47,621 bases of DNA from a virus, in IMG/VR virus record IMGVR_UViG_3300038379_000272, positions 1 to 47,621 of that record; one strand, given 5' to 3'. Shown one piece after another: positions 26,201-33,571 of the stretch (the first letter of the stretch is position 1; each line of letters opens with the position of its first letter). A program made the position numbers and the translations under genes. The notes under the pieces were generated by a model. That model was given only the letters and a program-made list of their open reading frames with translations, searched no databases and was not told where the DNA came from.

Positions 26201-29052
26201 AGATGCCGATGGCTGCGCCAGCGATTAGTCCGGTCGCTATGACGGACGTGACGACTGAGGGGGTAGTGGAGAATGCAAAAGCTGACCCCCTCGAAGCCGT
26301 GCCGCGGACGGCGGGGGGCGACTACTTGAAGGCGATGCCCTTCGAGAGTCCGGAGGTTCGGGGGCAGGTGGTTCAGCAAGCTGACAAGTTCAACAAGTGG
26401 ATAGATGCCACTTGGCAGCTTTTGCAGATCGCAGACAAAAACCTTCACATCTTAGGGTTGCAGCGTTACGTCGGCTTTACAAGATCTTGGCACATTTCGA
26501 AGATGCATCTCGTGAGTCGGGCAGAAGGGCGGCTGAAGCAATGGAGGCGGCTCGGCAAGGAGATGGCCTCGAACCTCTCGAACTTCATGTTCGATATTGA
26601 TAAGATGGTTTATCTGCAGCCGGGAGAGAATGCTCGCCATCCGAACAATGCAGAGCTGCTCGCTCTAGCGAAAAAGCACAACCTGAACCAGGCGGCCTTT
26701 CAGACCTACCTTGACATTAAGGGCGACTTTTTGCACGTCTTGGATAAGGTCGAGGCAGCTGCAGTGAAGGATGCTACTAAAAGCATTACTGATCCGGCCA
26801 GCCTCTCGCTCGCCCTCATCAACATCAAATCCGAGATGCGACAGCTTCGCTCGAAGCCCTACTTCCCTCACGAGAGGTTTGGGGACTGGACAGTTGCGGT
26901 TCGGGACGCGGCAGGAGAGCTGGTGTTCTACCAGCAGTTCGAGTCGAAACGAGCGGCCCTACGGGCGGAGAGGAGCCTTCACCTTCAGTTCCCCAATCAC
27001 GCCATCCGTTCGGGGAAGCTGCCGGCGGAACTTCGGCAGTTCCAGGGCATACCGCCCACGATCCTGAAGGGGTTGGCGAATAAGCTTCAGCTAACGCAAG
27101 CTCAACGCGACCATCTAGACGAATTGATCTTCGATCTCTCGCCAGCGAATAGCTTCACGAAACACTTCAAGAAGCGCAGCGGGATCGAGGGCTATAGCCT
27201 CGATGGGATGAGAGCTTATGCGAGCTACTTTATGCATGCAGGTAGTCACGTGGCTCGGCTGGAGTGGCGACAGGACCTCGAGGACAGCATCAAGGCTGTG
27301 GAGCTGAGTGCTCGTGCCATCAATATGCCTGAAGCTGCGGGCGAAGTGGCGAAGCGCCAGGGCATTGCCGATTGGTTGAAGCAGCATCTCGAATACATCA
27401 TGAACCCTCCGAATGAGTGGAGTGGGCTGAGAAGCCTTGCGTTCCAGTGGTACCTCGGCTTTGCGGTGGACAGTGCACTGATCAATCTGACGCAAATCCC
27501 AATGGTGGCAGCGCCTTACCTTGCGTCGAGGTTCGGCGATGCGAAGGCCCTGGCCGCCCTCACGAAGGCTTCGCTCGATTTGAGGAAGGGCTATAGGCTC
27601 ACGGCCTCGTTGCCGAAAGACGAGCAGGACGCCATCGCAAAGGGCGTCGAGCAGGGCTTCCTTGACGAAAGCCAGGCTGCGGAACTTGCCGCGACGGCTC
27701 AGGGAGGGAACATGGCGAGGTTCCTTCCTGGGACGGAAGTGCAGCGTACGCTCATGTGGTTGGCAGACAAGTCTGCGTGGATGTTCCAGCAGGTGGAGAA
27801 GCTCAACCGCCGCGTCGTGTTTCGGGCCGCTTATCGGTTGGCGAAAGCCCAGCCTGGCACCCAGTACCTGAACCAGCTGGTGGCGTCGAACCAGATGCTC
27901 TACCAAGACCTCTTGGGATTGGGCTGGAAGCCAGAAAACGCGGCGGCCTTCATCGCCGGCCGTGATGCTGTCGAGCGAAGTCAGTTCGAATACGCTTCTT
28001 GGGCAAGGCCGAAGTTTATGCGAGGCAAAAAGGGCGTGCTCTTTACGTTCTTTATGTTTCAGCAGAACATGCTCTGGATGTTTAAGAACTCACCGGGTGG
28101 GACGAGGGCGCTCTTTGCCATGCTGGCTGCCGCGGGTCTGATGGGCCTACCGGGAGCTGACGACCTTGATCAGTTCATCAAGTACGCTGCGGCGAAGCTC
28201 TTCGGCCGGCACTTTAGCCCGGAGCACGAACTTCGCAAGCTACTGACCGAGATCACCGATCGGCCTGACCTGATATTGCACGGCTTGGGGCGAGAAAGCT
28301 TTGGCCTAACGGCCTTGGGCAATCAGCTTGGAATGAATGTTCCGGGGTTCGACTTTTCGTCCCGGCTAGGCATGGGGCGCCTGGTGCCGGGAGCGCAGCC
28401 GCTTTTCGATCCTTCGCTTACCTACGAGGAGAAATTCACCAAAGTCGCTGAGGACGTTCTCGGAGCGAGTTACGCGATACCACTCCGCATGGTGCGGGCC
28501 TTGGAAAGCGGCGACCCGGATGTGTTTAAGCAATGGGAACGTATGCTCCCAAGGGCCCTGAAGAATGTGATGAGGGGAATTCGCGTTGGACTCCGGGGCG
28601 AGGAGACCTCGCGCAGCGGAGCGGCGATAGCCGACTTCGATGTGACGAATACCGCAGATACGCTGGAGCTCGCGGGCTACATGCTCGGCTTCACCCCAAC
28701 GAAGCTGACCGAGAAGTGGGACCTGATTGCGGCGCAACGAGAGGCGATCGGCTTTTGGGCGCTGCAGAGACAGGTGCTTTTCGACCAGTTCTACTCCGCT
28801 CGAAAGGGCAAGGATCGTGAGGCCCTGGCGGATGTGCGGGAGGCAATTGATCGTTTCAACTCTCAGGTACCAAACGCGAAACTTCGGATCAGCACGAAAA
28901 GCTTGCTCCAGAGCATCAAGTCCCGACAGTCGAAAGAGAAGAAACTCGAAAGCGGAGACGCTACCTCGAAAACCTATCAGGGCCTTGCCGAGGACGTGAA
29001 GAGGTATTATCCCGAAGTGGATTTTGGCTCCGTAGGAACGGCCTCGCCCTGA
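23254..29052 (+). CDS. Giant polyvalent virion protein with zincin metallopeptidase motif and PLxRFG-like motif
   Basis: 1932 aa. Gly-zipper-like hydrophobic N-region, Pro-rich linker, HELGH (nt 25777..25791), YFPHERFG, and a hydrophobic C-terminal region. Confidence 0.7.
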   Translation: MGQLLEALRKDQPAASAETPAPAVQGSLLERLRGEKPTEPDERGALRRGLSSGWENLKGTGLQIKALAKSLYGDDEGAAADFERSLFRNMKAGKLAPKYSKIEDVLSKGDFGDFMSYAGFTLGEQMPNLLGSIGTAGLGGFAGRKIGEMKARQLLTDELAERLVKKYASRGAITGAAAASGAIETGASGQELFEATGKPQPGLALAAGAAKTVLDIVTPTALAKRFGLAPDVASRLHDALFNRLKGKGAIRRALGGALGAGLAETGTEGLQELIDVTTRSFVDENTKILSKETASRMLNAGAAAFIVASPIGAAAGVAGGREQGPDQTGGLEKLIGQQPQPVVPPVPPQPGQIELPLPPPPPKPLPPVVQPPVVQPKPPVVQPPVVPPKPVQPQVQQKLPGLPLEKHPVYTTGAGPYLITDTSGVAPAGRVELLNNQRAIERMSRGERRNMRIFRVPTGKKSSADFTAGLDALPTYASEVTDGLLGLSKGQTGAIALVRRAILERNTQLRKALLTESGVPDLTEANRLYEEAIKLGFRFQPSRPNASLLYVGAKPLETSQLEEIGTVTPHYELSGSVALANEIGDKPNSITSFTTSKASIKNKVSATNSGYELDLYAVDPSILSAGDVAIQTLLPLTSAEKQAKMAQYLKVLPHVASSVAATLKQRFYDEVLNIATPNDKRKLIYQELMKQGLRYQPNSADFFVVGPVPPAALKRTVAPALSFWQTHMMGLSRSFGVEYLDRFIGLRDQTTGKPYDPKTHQPGTVAVFGKSGGVWTPSEMKRFAKFTELITKRMMPNAKLVLSFETSVEASTYHPIRNGFGVITMRVGAVEKMDRASSTLTHELGHALAHHELSNVDSNVLGSLYSAFQRDMARAGRETASDWMQYFFRGYDLAMNYWGKDTRPAATFIQKNFYEWPYSFDEWIAEQTARWFTGSQQPMRVMDKFFSRLARKLKEIFSLSRRTFPTAEIEVETWLNSLYARRQMPMAAPAISPVAMTDVTTEGVVENAKADPLEAVPRTAGGDYLKAMPFESPEVRGQVVQQADKFNKWIDATWQLLQIADKNLHILGLQRYVGFTRSWHISKMHLVSRAEGRLKQWRRLGKEMASNLSNFMFDIDKMVYLQPGENARHPNNAELLALAKKHNLNQAAFQTYLDIKGDFLHVLDKVEAAAVKDATKSITDPASLSLALINIKSEMRQLRSKPYFPHERFGDWTVAVRDAAGELVFYQQFESKRAALRAERSLHLQFPNHAIRSGKLPAELRQFQGIPPTILKGLANKLQLTQAQRDHLDELIFDLSPANSFTKHFKKRSGIEGYSLDGMRAYASYFMHAGSHVARLEWRQDLEDSIKAVELSARAINMPEAAGEVAKRQGIADWLKQHLEYIMNPPNEWSGLRSLAFQWYLGFAVDSALINLTQIPMVAAPYLASRFGDAKALAALTKASLDLRKGYRLTASLPKDEQDAIAKGVEQGFLDESQAAELAATAQGGNMARFLPGTEVQRTLMWLADKSAWMFQQVEKLNRRVVFRAAYRLAKAQPGTQYLNQLVASNQMLYQDLLGLGWKPENAAAFIAGRDAVERSQFEYASWARPKFMRGKKGVLFTFFMFQQNMLWMFKNSPGGTRALFAMLAAAGLMGLPGADDLDQFIKYAAAKLFGRHFSPEHELRKLLTEITDRPDLILHGLGRESFGLTALGNQLGMNVPGFDFSSRLGMGRLVPGAQPLFDPSLTYEEKFTKVAEDVLGASYAIPLRMVRALESGDPDVFKQWERMLPRALKNVMRGIRVGLRGEETSRSGAAIADFDVTNTADTLELAGYMLGFTPTKLTEKWDLIAAQREAIGFWALQRQVLFDQFYSARKGKDREALADVREAIDRFNSQVPNAKLRISTKSLLQSIKSRQSKEKKLESGDATSKTYQGLAEDVKRYYPEVDFGSVGTASP
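24262..24444 (+). repeat. Pro-rich tandem tract (PPVVQ-type repeats) inside the giant protein
   Basis: QPQPVVPPVPPQPGQIELPLPPPPPKPLPPVVQPPVVQPKPPVVQPPVVPPKPVQPQVQQ. Confidence 0.9.
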
Positions 29053-30263
29053 TACTCGTAGCCGAGAGAGTTGTTGATTAGCGCGAGCTTGATCGTCCCC
29101 ATTGAGAGAAGGTTCGAGATCGCGGCATCGAACCGCTTGCGGTCGATGAACTTCGATACCATGATGAGGAGGTCTTTTTGGCTGCTGAAGCCTCCCGCTC
29201 CCCGTAGGGCCGCCACAACCTCGGTTTCGTCCTTCGACTGATCCGTCGCCCCTATGGTGTTGAAAACCTTCTGAAGGTCTACCTCCTGGGCGGAGACGAG
29301 GCGCTCTGCTGCCGTCAAGTCCTCGACTGTGATGAGCCTCGTGTTTCGCTGAGCCGCCGCGATCACCATCGCGAGCTTGTGCATGTGCGTCTGCTTGCGA
29401 GCCACGTACCCGCCGTAGCGATCGGAGGTTAGGTGCTTGGGTCGATTGGTCCAGTGGCGTATGTACCATGAGGTCCCCCATTCGATTGCCTCGCGCGAGA
29501 GTTCGTACTCTCCCGCAATGGCCGCGATTTGCTTAAGGTCCTCGACGAGCATGGAGGCCATAGCTTTGTGCTCTTTGCTCTCGATGGCCTCGGAAAGGTA
29601 AGCCGTGAACTGTCGCTTGGCGTCGCCATAGACGAAGATGCAACGGGAGGTGAGGCCGCCCTCGATCATATAAGCCGGGAAGTTGGCTCGAAGCCAGGCG
29701 GGAGTAGTGCAGCCGATGATGTTCATCCAGGGGTTGACGATCCGGGTCGAAGGCTTGTCGCCGGTCTTTACACGATGCTCCCAGGTTCGGATTTGCCCAT
29801 CCCAGAGGTCTACCATTACGTCGATTAGCTCAGTGTCCTTGGGCTTGAGGAAAGTGCCTAGCTCGCTAATGCTGATCGTCAAGCAGCTCATGGGAATGAG
29901 GGCATCGTCGGCCGGCATTTGAACCAGCTCGACGGCCTCTTCGAGGGCGACCGTGAGGCCCTGCCATGTGAGGCTTTGGGGCCCGAACTTGATACCATCG
30001 ACCTGCTTCAGAAGTGAGAAGCCAATGTGGGCAGAGGTAGACTTTGCGATAACGCCAGGAGGTCCGACGAATACGATATAGAAGTTAGGTGTCCACTGGA
30101 AGTGTCGCTGGTCGATCCAAACGCGGCGGCGGAGGGCTCCCGCAACGACGCTAACAGCCGTCCAGAAGTGGAAGGCGTCGGGGGCCTCGGAGTGCTTGGT
30201 GTATTCCACATAGGCTTGTAGCCAGTTGTCATAGAACCGGCTCGTTGGGGCTAATTCTGACAT
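29007..30263 (-). CDS. P-loop NTPase, putative replicative helicase / primase-associated protein (DUF3987/VirE-like)
   Basis: 418 aa. P-loop-like VGPPGVIAKST. Last gene of the replication arm. Its 3' end overlaps the giant gene by 46 nt. Confidence 0.45.
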   Translation of the reverse strand: MSELAPTSRFYDNWLQAYVEYTKHSEAPDAFHFWTAVSVVAGALRRRVWIDQRHFQWTPNFYIVFVGPPGVIAKSTSAHIGFSLLKQVDGIKFGPQSLTWQGLTVALEEAVELVQMPADDALIPMSCLTISISELGTFLKPKDTELIDVMVDLWDGQIRTWEHRVKTGDKPSTRIVNPWMNIIGCTTPAWLRANFPAYMIEGGLTSRCIFVYGDAKRQFTAYLSEAIESKEHKAMASMLVEDLKQIAAIAGEYELSREAIEWGTSWYIRHWTNRPKHLTSDRYGGYVARKQTHMHKLAMVIAAAQRNTRLITVEDLTAAERLVSAQEVDLQKVFNTIGATDQSKDETEVVAALRGAGGFSSQKDLLIMVSKFIDRKRFDAAISNLLSMGTIKLALINNSLGYEYQGEAVPTEPKSTSG

Positions 30264-30594
30264 TGAGGTGATCCATCGTTACATAGCCAATGGGGAGCTT
30301 AAGCTGCCGAGCAATCTCGAACTCGCGAGTAAGGCCGATGGACGTTCGCCAGCCAGGGATGCAGAGGGCGTAGAACTCCTTGGCCGCTTCAAGAAAGTCG
30401 CGGTTAATGCGCTCCCAAAAGGCGGCGTCGGTCGGGAGGCCGAACCGAAGGGCGAGGTCGTGGCAATGGGCGATGGGGCTATAGATCACTAGGCCGCGGC
30501 GGATAAGTGAAGCAGTCGCGACGAGTGTTAGATGCACTCGCTCATTTACCACAGCGGGATTGACGTCACTGTAGGGTGTGCCGAAATAGATCAT
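30229..30594 (-). CDS. DUF1937-like (nucleoside 2-deoxyribosyltransferase-fold) protein
   Basis: 121 aa. Pattern YSPIAHCHDL...FWERINRDFLEAAKEFYALCIPGWRTSIGLTREFEIARQLKLPI. Confidence 0.55.
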   Translation of the reverse strand: MIYFGTPYSDVNPAVVNERVHLTLVATASLIRRGLVIYSPIAHCHDLALRFGLPTDAAFWERINRDFLEAAKEFYALCIPGWRTSIGLTREFEIARQLKLPIGYVTMDHLNVRISPNEPVL

Positions 30595-30603
30595 ACTCGA
30601 ACC

Positions 30604-31362
30604 TCATACGTAAAATACCTCGCGAGGGTTCTCTACGTCGAAAGGCTGAACAGCCCCCCAAGACTTGATGGAGGCCTTCACTCCCCACGGAATGTGGAGC
30701 GGGTCGGGATAGGGGACGGGGATGCGGCTTATGCGGGCCTTAAGTTCCTTCACCCTATGGAGGTCCTTGAACTGGATCTGCGGGATGATCGAGTCGTGGA
30801 CCTGGAGTAGGAGTTCCGCCCAAGGGAACTCGCGAAGTATGATGGCGCAAGCGCGTTGCGTCACAATGGCGATGGTGCTCTGCGGCTTCCAGGCGAGAGC
30901 CTCGGGGAGGAGGGCCTCGGGCCGGTCGAAGTAGTGGATGCGATAGCCGAAGGGGTTGAAGATCTCCCGTTTGGTCATGAGCTGCAAGTCGGTTTTGCGA
31001 TGATACTCTCGAATTTCGGGGTAGCGAGTGAAGAAGTATTGTTGGAACTTACTGACCAGTGCTTCGGGGATCGAGGCGGCCGCGCCGATACCTCGCGGCT
31101 TACCCCCATAGATGGTACCATAGGCGAGGTTCTTGCACTTCGTATACTCGGGTTCGTGCTTTTCGTTGATACGATACGCCGCAGGGAAAATCACCTTCAT
31201 GGTTTCGATGTGGATTTTAACTCCGGCGAGAAAGTCCCGCTTGAAGTTCCCGCCGATCTCCCAGGCGATGAGCATTGCCTCGGCTCCGACGAGGTCGAAG
31301 TCGAAAATAGCGTAGCCTCTGTCGGGGATGAAGATGTCACGAATATTAGGCATTTGAAGCAT
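30604..31362 (-). CDS. Family A DNA polymerase, C-terminal half (palm and fingers)
   Basis: 252 aa. Motif A FDFDLVGAEAMLIA, motif B KCKNLAYGTIYGG, motif C LLQVHDSII. Begins MLQMPNIRDIF. Confidence 0.8.
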   Translation of the reverse strand: MLQMPNIRDIFIPDRGYAIFDFDLVGAEAMLIAWEIGGNFKRDFLAGVKIHIETMKVIFPAAYRINEKHEPEYTKCKNLAYGTIYGGKPRGIGAAASIPEALVSKFQQYFFTRYPEIREYHRKTDLQLMTKREIFNPFGYRIHYFDRPEALLPEALAWKPQSTIAIVTQRACAIILREFPWAELLLQVHDSIIPQIQFKDLHRVKELKARISRIPVPYPDPLHIPWGVKASIKSWGAVQPFDVENPREVFYV

Positions 31363-31610
31363 CAGATACCCCCTTGCCTTACGCGACGCTCTTTACGTTT
31401 AAGGGCTTCGTCACTCTGCTTACGGTTTGCGAGGAGCGAGAGCCTGTGCTTGTGGCAGTAGACGTAGACGCTGCTGCGGCTGCGGCCGAGGACGAGAGCG
31501 ACCTCCTTGGCCGAGGCGCCGGCGGCGAGCATCGACATAAGGACCTCGATCTCCTCAGGGCGGTAGGCCGTGGGGTGATGGCCCTTGACGTTATTTGCGA
31601 GGCGTTTCAC
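31362..31610 (-). CDS. Small HTH protein (GcrA N-terminal-like or NUMOD1-like)
   Basis: 82 aa containing YRPEEIEVLMSMLAAGASAKEVALVLGRSRSSVYVYCHKHRLS. The stop overlaps the start of the pol C-half. Confidence 0.5.
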   Translation of the reverse strand: MKRLANNVKGHHPTAYRPEEIEVLMSMLAAGASAKEVALVLGRSRSSVYVYCHKHRLSLLANRKQSDEALKRKERRVRQGGI

Positions 31611-31850
31611 TTTCGTCGCTCCCCGGCTCGAGTTGCGCTTCCTCTTTGAGGAACTCCTCCATATGGGGGTCGCGGTTGAGCTCTTCGGCGTAAGCCTCTC
31701 CTACCTTCGAGCCGATGGCGTAGAGTCTAGCATGGAACTCGCAGATCACTCGCTTGTCGTCGAGGATGAAAGTACCCTGGCGGTTGCACTCTCGAAGGCA
31801 ACAGCGGGCCAGAAGGCCAAAGACTCTTCTCATTCGTCCTCTCCTTTTGA
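31363..31850 (-). mobile_element. ~0.5-kb two-ORF insertion interrupting the polymerase gene (possible degenerate homing or moron cassette)
   Basis: It lies between pol residues ...NLQNI and PNIRDIF... Mobility is inferred, not shown. Confidence 0.3.
31591..31833 (-). CDS. Small Cys/His zinc-finger-like protein
   Basis: 80 aa with CCLREC...CEFH (CX3C-X14-CX2H). ATGA overlap with the stop of the pol N-half. SD AAAGGAGAGGA. Confidence 0.5.
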   Translation of the reverse strand: MRRVFGLLARCCLRECNRQGTFILDDKRVICEFHARLYAIGSKVGEAYAEELNRDPHMEEFLKEEAQLEPGSDESETPRK

Positions 31851-33566
31851 GATGTTCTGAAGGTTGGTCCCCCGGCCGAAGGCGTTCTCGCTCGAAGAGT
31901 AGCGAAAGGTATCAGTTCCAGCGGGATTAAACGAGCACCTCATCCTTCCGTCGGGGTCGGCGGGAGCGGAGAGTATTCCGTTCCTAATGACCAGTAGGCT
32001 TCGGGTTTCCTGAAGCCGCTCGGTGATCGGCTGGAGTAAGGGGGCCTTGAGGGCAATCTTATTCAGAGCGTCGTCGTCGCAGGTGCGCCGTTTCGTCTTG
32101 CGGTCGAAAACCTCGGGCACCCCGCAGAGGTCGTAGAAGAATTTCGCCTGTTGTGTGGGGGACCTATACCACTGGCTTTTTGCTGTCTTGCCGGCGAGAA
32201 GAGGCGGAAGGTCGGGGGGCATGAGCTGTGAGAGCTCGGCGTCCCTCTTCTGGATTGCGTCGTCGAACTCGAAGTAGAGTTTGCTGCGAGCCTTCTCATC
32301 GACGCGAACGCCTCGACGCATCATGTCGAAGGCGACAGCGAGCTGCTCTAGCCGGTCGGTAAAGAGCTCTCGGAACCCGAGGGTGTCGATGAGGCGCTCT
32401 AATTCTTGCGTGATTTCCCAGGTCGTGACGGCATCGACGCAGTTGTAGCGCCAGAGCTGCTCTTCCGGCATCGTCGCGGGGTCCCAGTACCTGCCGTCCT
32501 CTTTCCAGTAGCGGTGGTAGCGGCAATAAAGCGAGGATAGATAACCGAGGTCTTTTGGAGTACCTGGCCAGCAGAGGTGGTGAGCCACCATCGTATCGTG
32601 GCTCGGTGTCGGTACTTCCCAAAGCCAATAATCGAGATACTGCATGTCATAGAGGATATTTTGATTGGACCAGCGAATATCCCGTCGCGCCAAGAGTGCT
32701 TGAAGGTGACTGCGGATTGAGGCTTCTTCATCTTGCGTCCAGTAGCCATAATCGTTCTCCACACACATGAGGGGGATGCAGACTGCATCGGTGGCGCTCC
32801 AGGCAAAACCGAGGCAGGCGATGTGGCCGAGACGGGTTTCGAGGTCGCAGGTTATCCAGCTTCCGGCGGGAAGTCGGAGGAGGAACTCCAGGGCGTCGAT
32901 GGCTTGCTCGAAGGTGGGGCGGATGGTGAAGTTGTAGTCGGGGTAGGGGACCGAGGTGCCTCGCGCCAGTGGCGCCACTCGGACTCTAAGGTCGTGGACT
33001 GCCGCGGCCCGCCAGGACCACTGGCGCATAATGGCCGCAGGGTGGTACGTGGGGACGAGGGGCGTTCGAACTTCAGGATCGTTGCCGACGTTCCATTCGA
33101 GGTAGCTGCCACGCCACTTCGTAATTCCCGTGGGAACCTTATAACCTTCGTCGTCGGCGACTCCGAAGTTACTTTCAGTAAGTGCCCACAGCGCGTAGTT
33201 GCCAAGTGGTACAATGACCCTGGGCTTGATTGCATTAAGTTCGCTATAAAGCCTTCCGATATCCCCGCGAGTCTCAGGGCTTGGACACAATCCTCGTATG
33301 AAGGTGAACCCGGCTTTTCGAGCATCTGCTGTCCTTTCGAAGAAGAACTTCATGTCGTTCGATGGTGGGCGCCTTGGGCAGACGTTGGTGAAGAACACCT
33401 CGGCGACGGGGATACCGGCGTCAGAGAGCATGTTCTCCAGTTCGCGGCCCGACAGTCCGACGAAGGGCTTTTGCGCCGCCGCCTCGTTTTCGCCCCAGGC
33501 TTCGCCGACTACGACGATTGGAGCGTTACGAGGGCCTCGCGTTCCGAAGAAGGGAGGGAGAGGCAT
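31830..33566 (-). CDS. Family A DNA polymerase, N-terminal half: UDG-like domain, 3'-5' exonuclease and thumb
   Basis: 578 aa. UDG family-4-like motifs GEAWGENE..PFVGLSG, FFTNVCPRRPP and YHPAAIMRQW. Exo motifs ITCDLETR, NQNILYDMQYL and YNCVDAVTTWE. Ends GTNLQNISKGEDE. Confidence 0.8.
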   Translation of the reverse strand: MPLPPFFGTRGPRNAPIVVVGEAWGENEAAAQKPFVGLSGRELENMLSDAGIPVAEVFFTNVCPRRPPSNDMKFFFERTADARKAGFTFIRGLCPSPETRGDIGRLYSELNAIKPRVIVPLGNYALWALTESNFGVADDEGYKVPTGITKWRGSYLEWNVGNDPEVRTPLVPTYHPAAIMRQWSWRAAAVHDLRVRVAPLARGTSVPYPDYNFTIRPTFEQAIDALEFLLRLPAGSWITCDLETRLGHIACLGFAWSATDAVCIPLMCVENDYGYWTQDEEASIRSHLQALLARRDIRWSNQNILYDMQYLDYWLWEVPTPSHDTMVAHHLCWPGTPKDLGYLSSLYCRYHRYWKEDGRYWDPATMPEEQLWRYNCVDAVTTWEITQELERLIDTLGFRELFTDRLEQLAVAFDMMRRGVRVDEKARSKLYFEFDDAIQKRDAELSQLMPPDLPPLLAGKTAKSQWYRSPTQQAKFFYDLCGVPEVFDRKTKRRTCDDDALNKIALKAPLLQPITERLQETRSLLVIRNGILSAPADPDGRMRCSFNPAGTDTFRYSSSENAFGRGTNLQNISKGEDE

Positions 33567-33571
33567 AGAGC

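Noticed and set aside
31363-31850. Group I intron or intein as the explanation for the split polymerase
   Set aside because: The ~490-nt insert is entirely covered by two ORFs with SDs and start/stop overlaps. That leaves no room for a ribozyme core. There is a stop codon and no in-frame intein blocks (no Cys/Ser/Thr...His-Asn junction residues). Splicing still deserves an RNA-level check.
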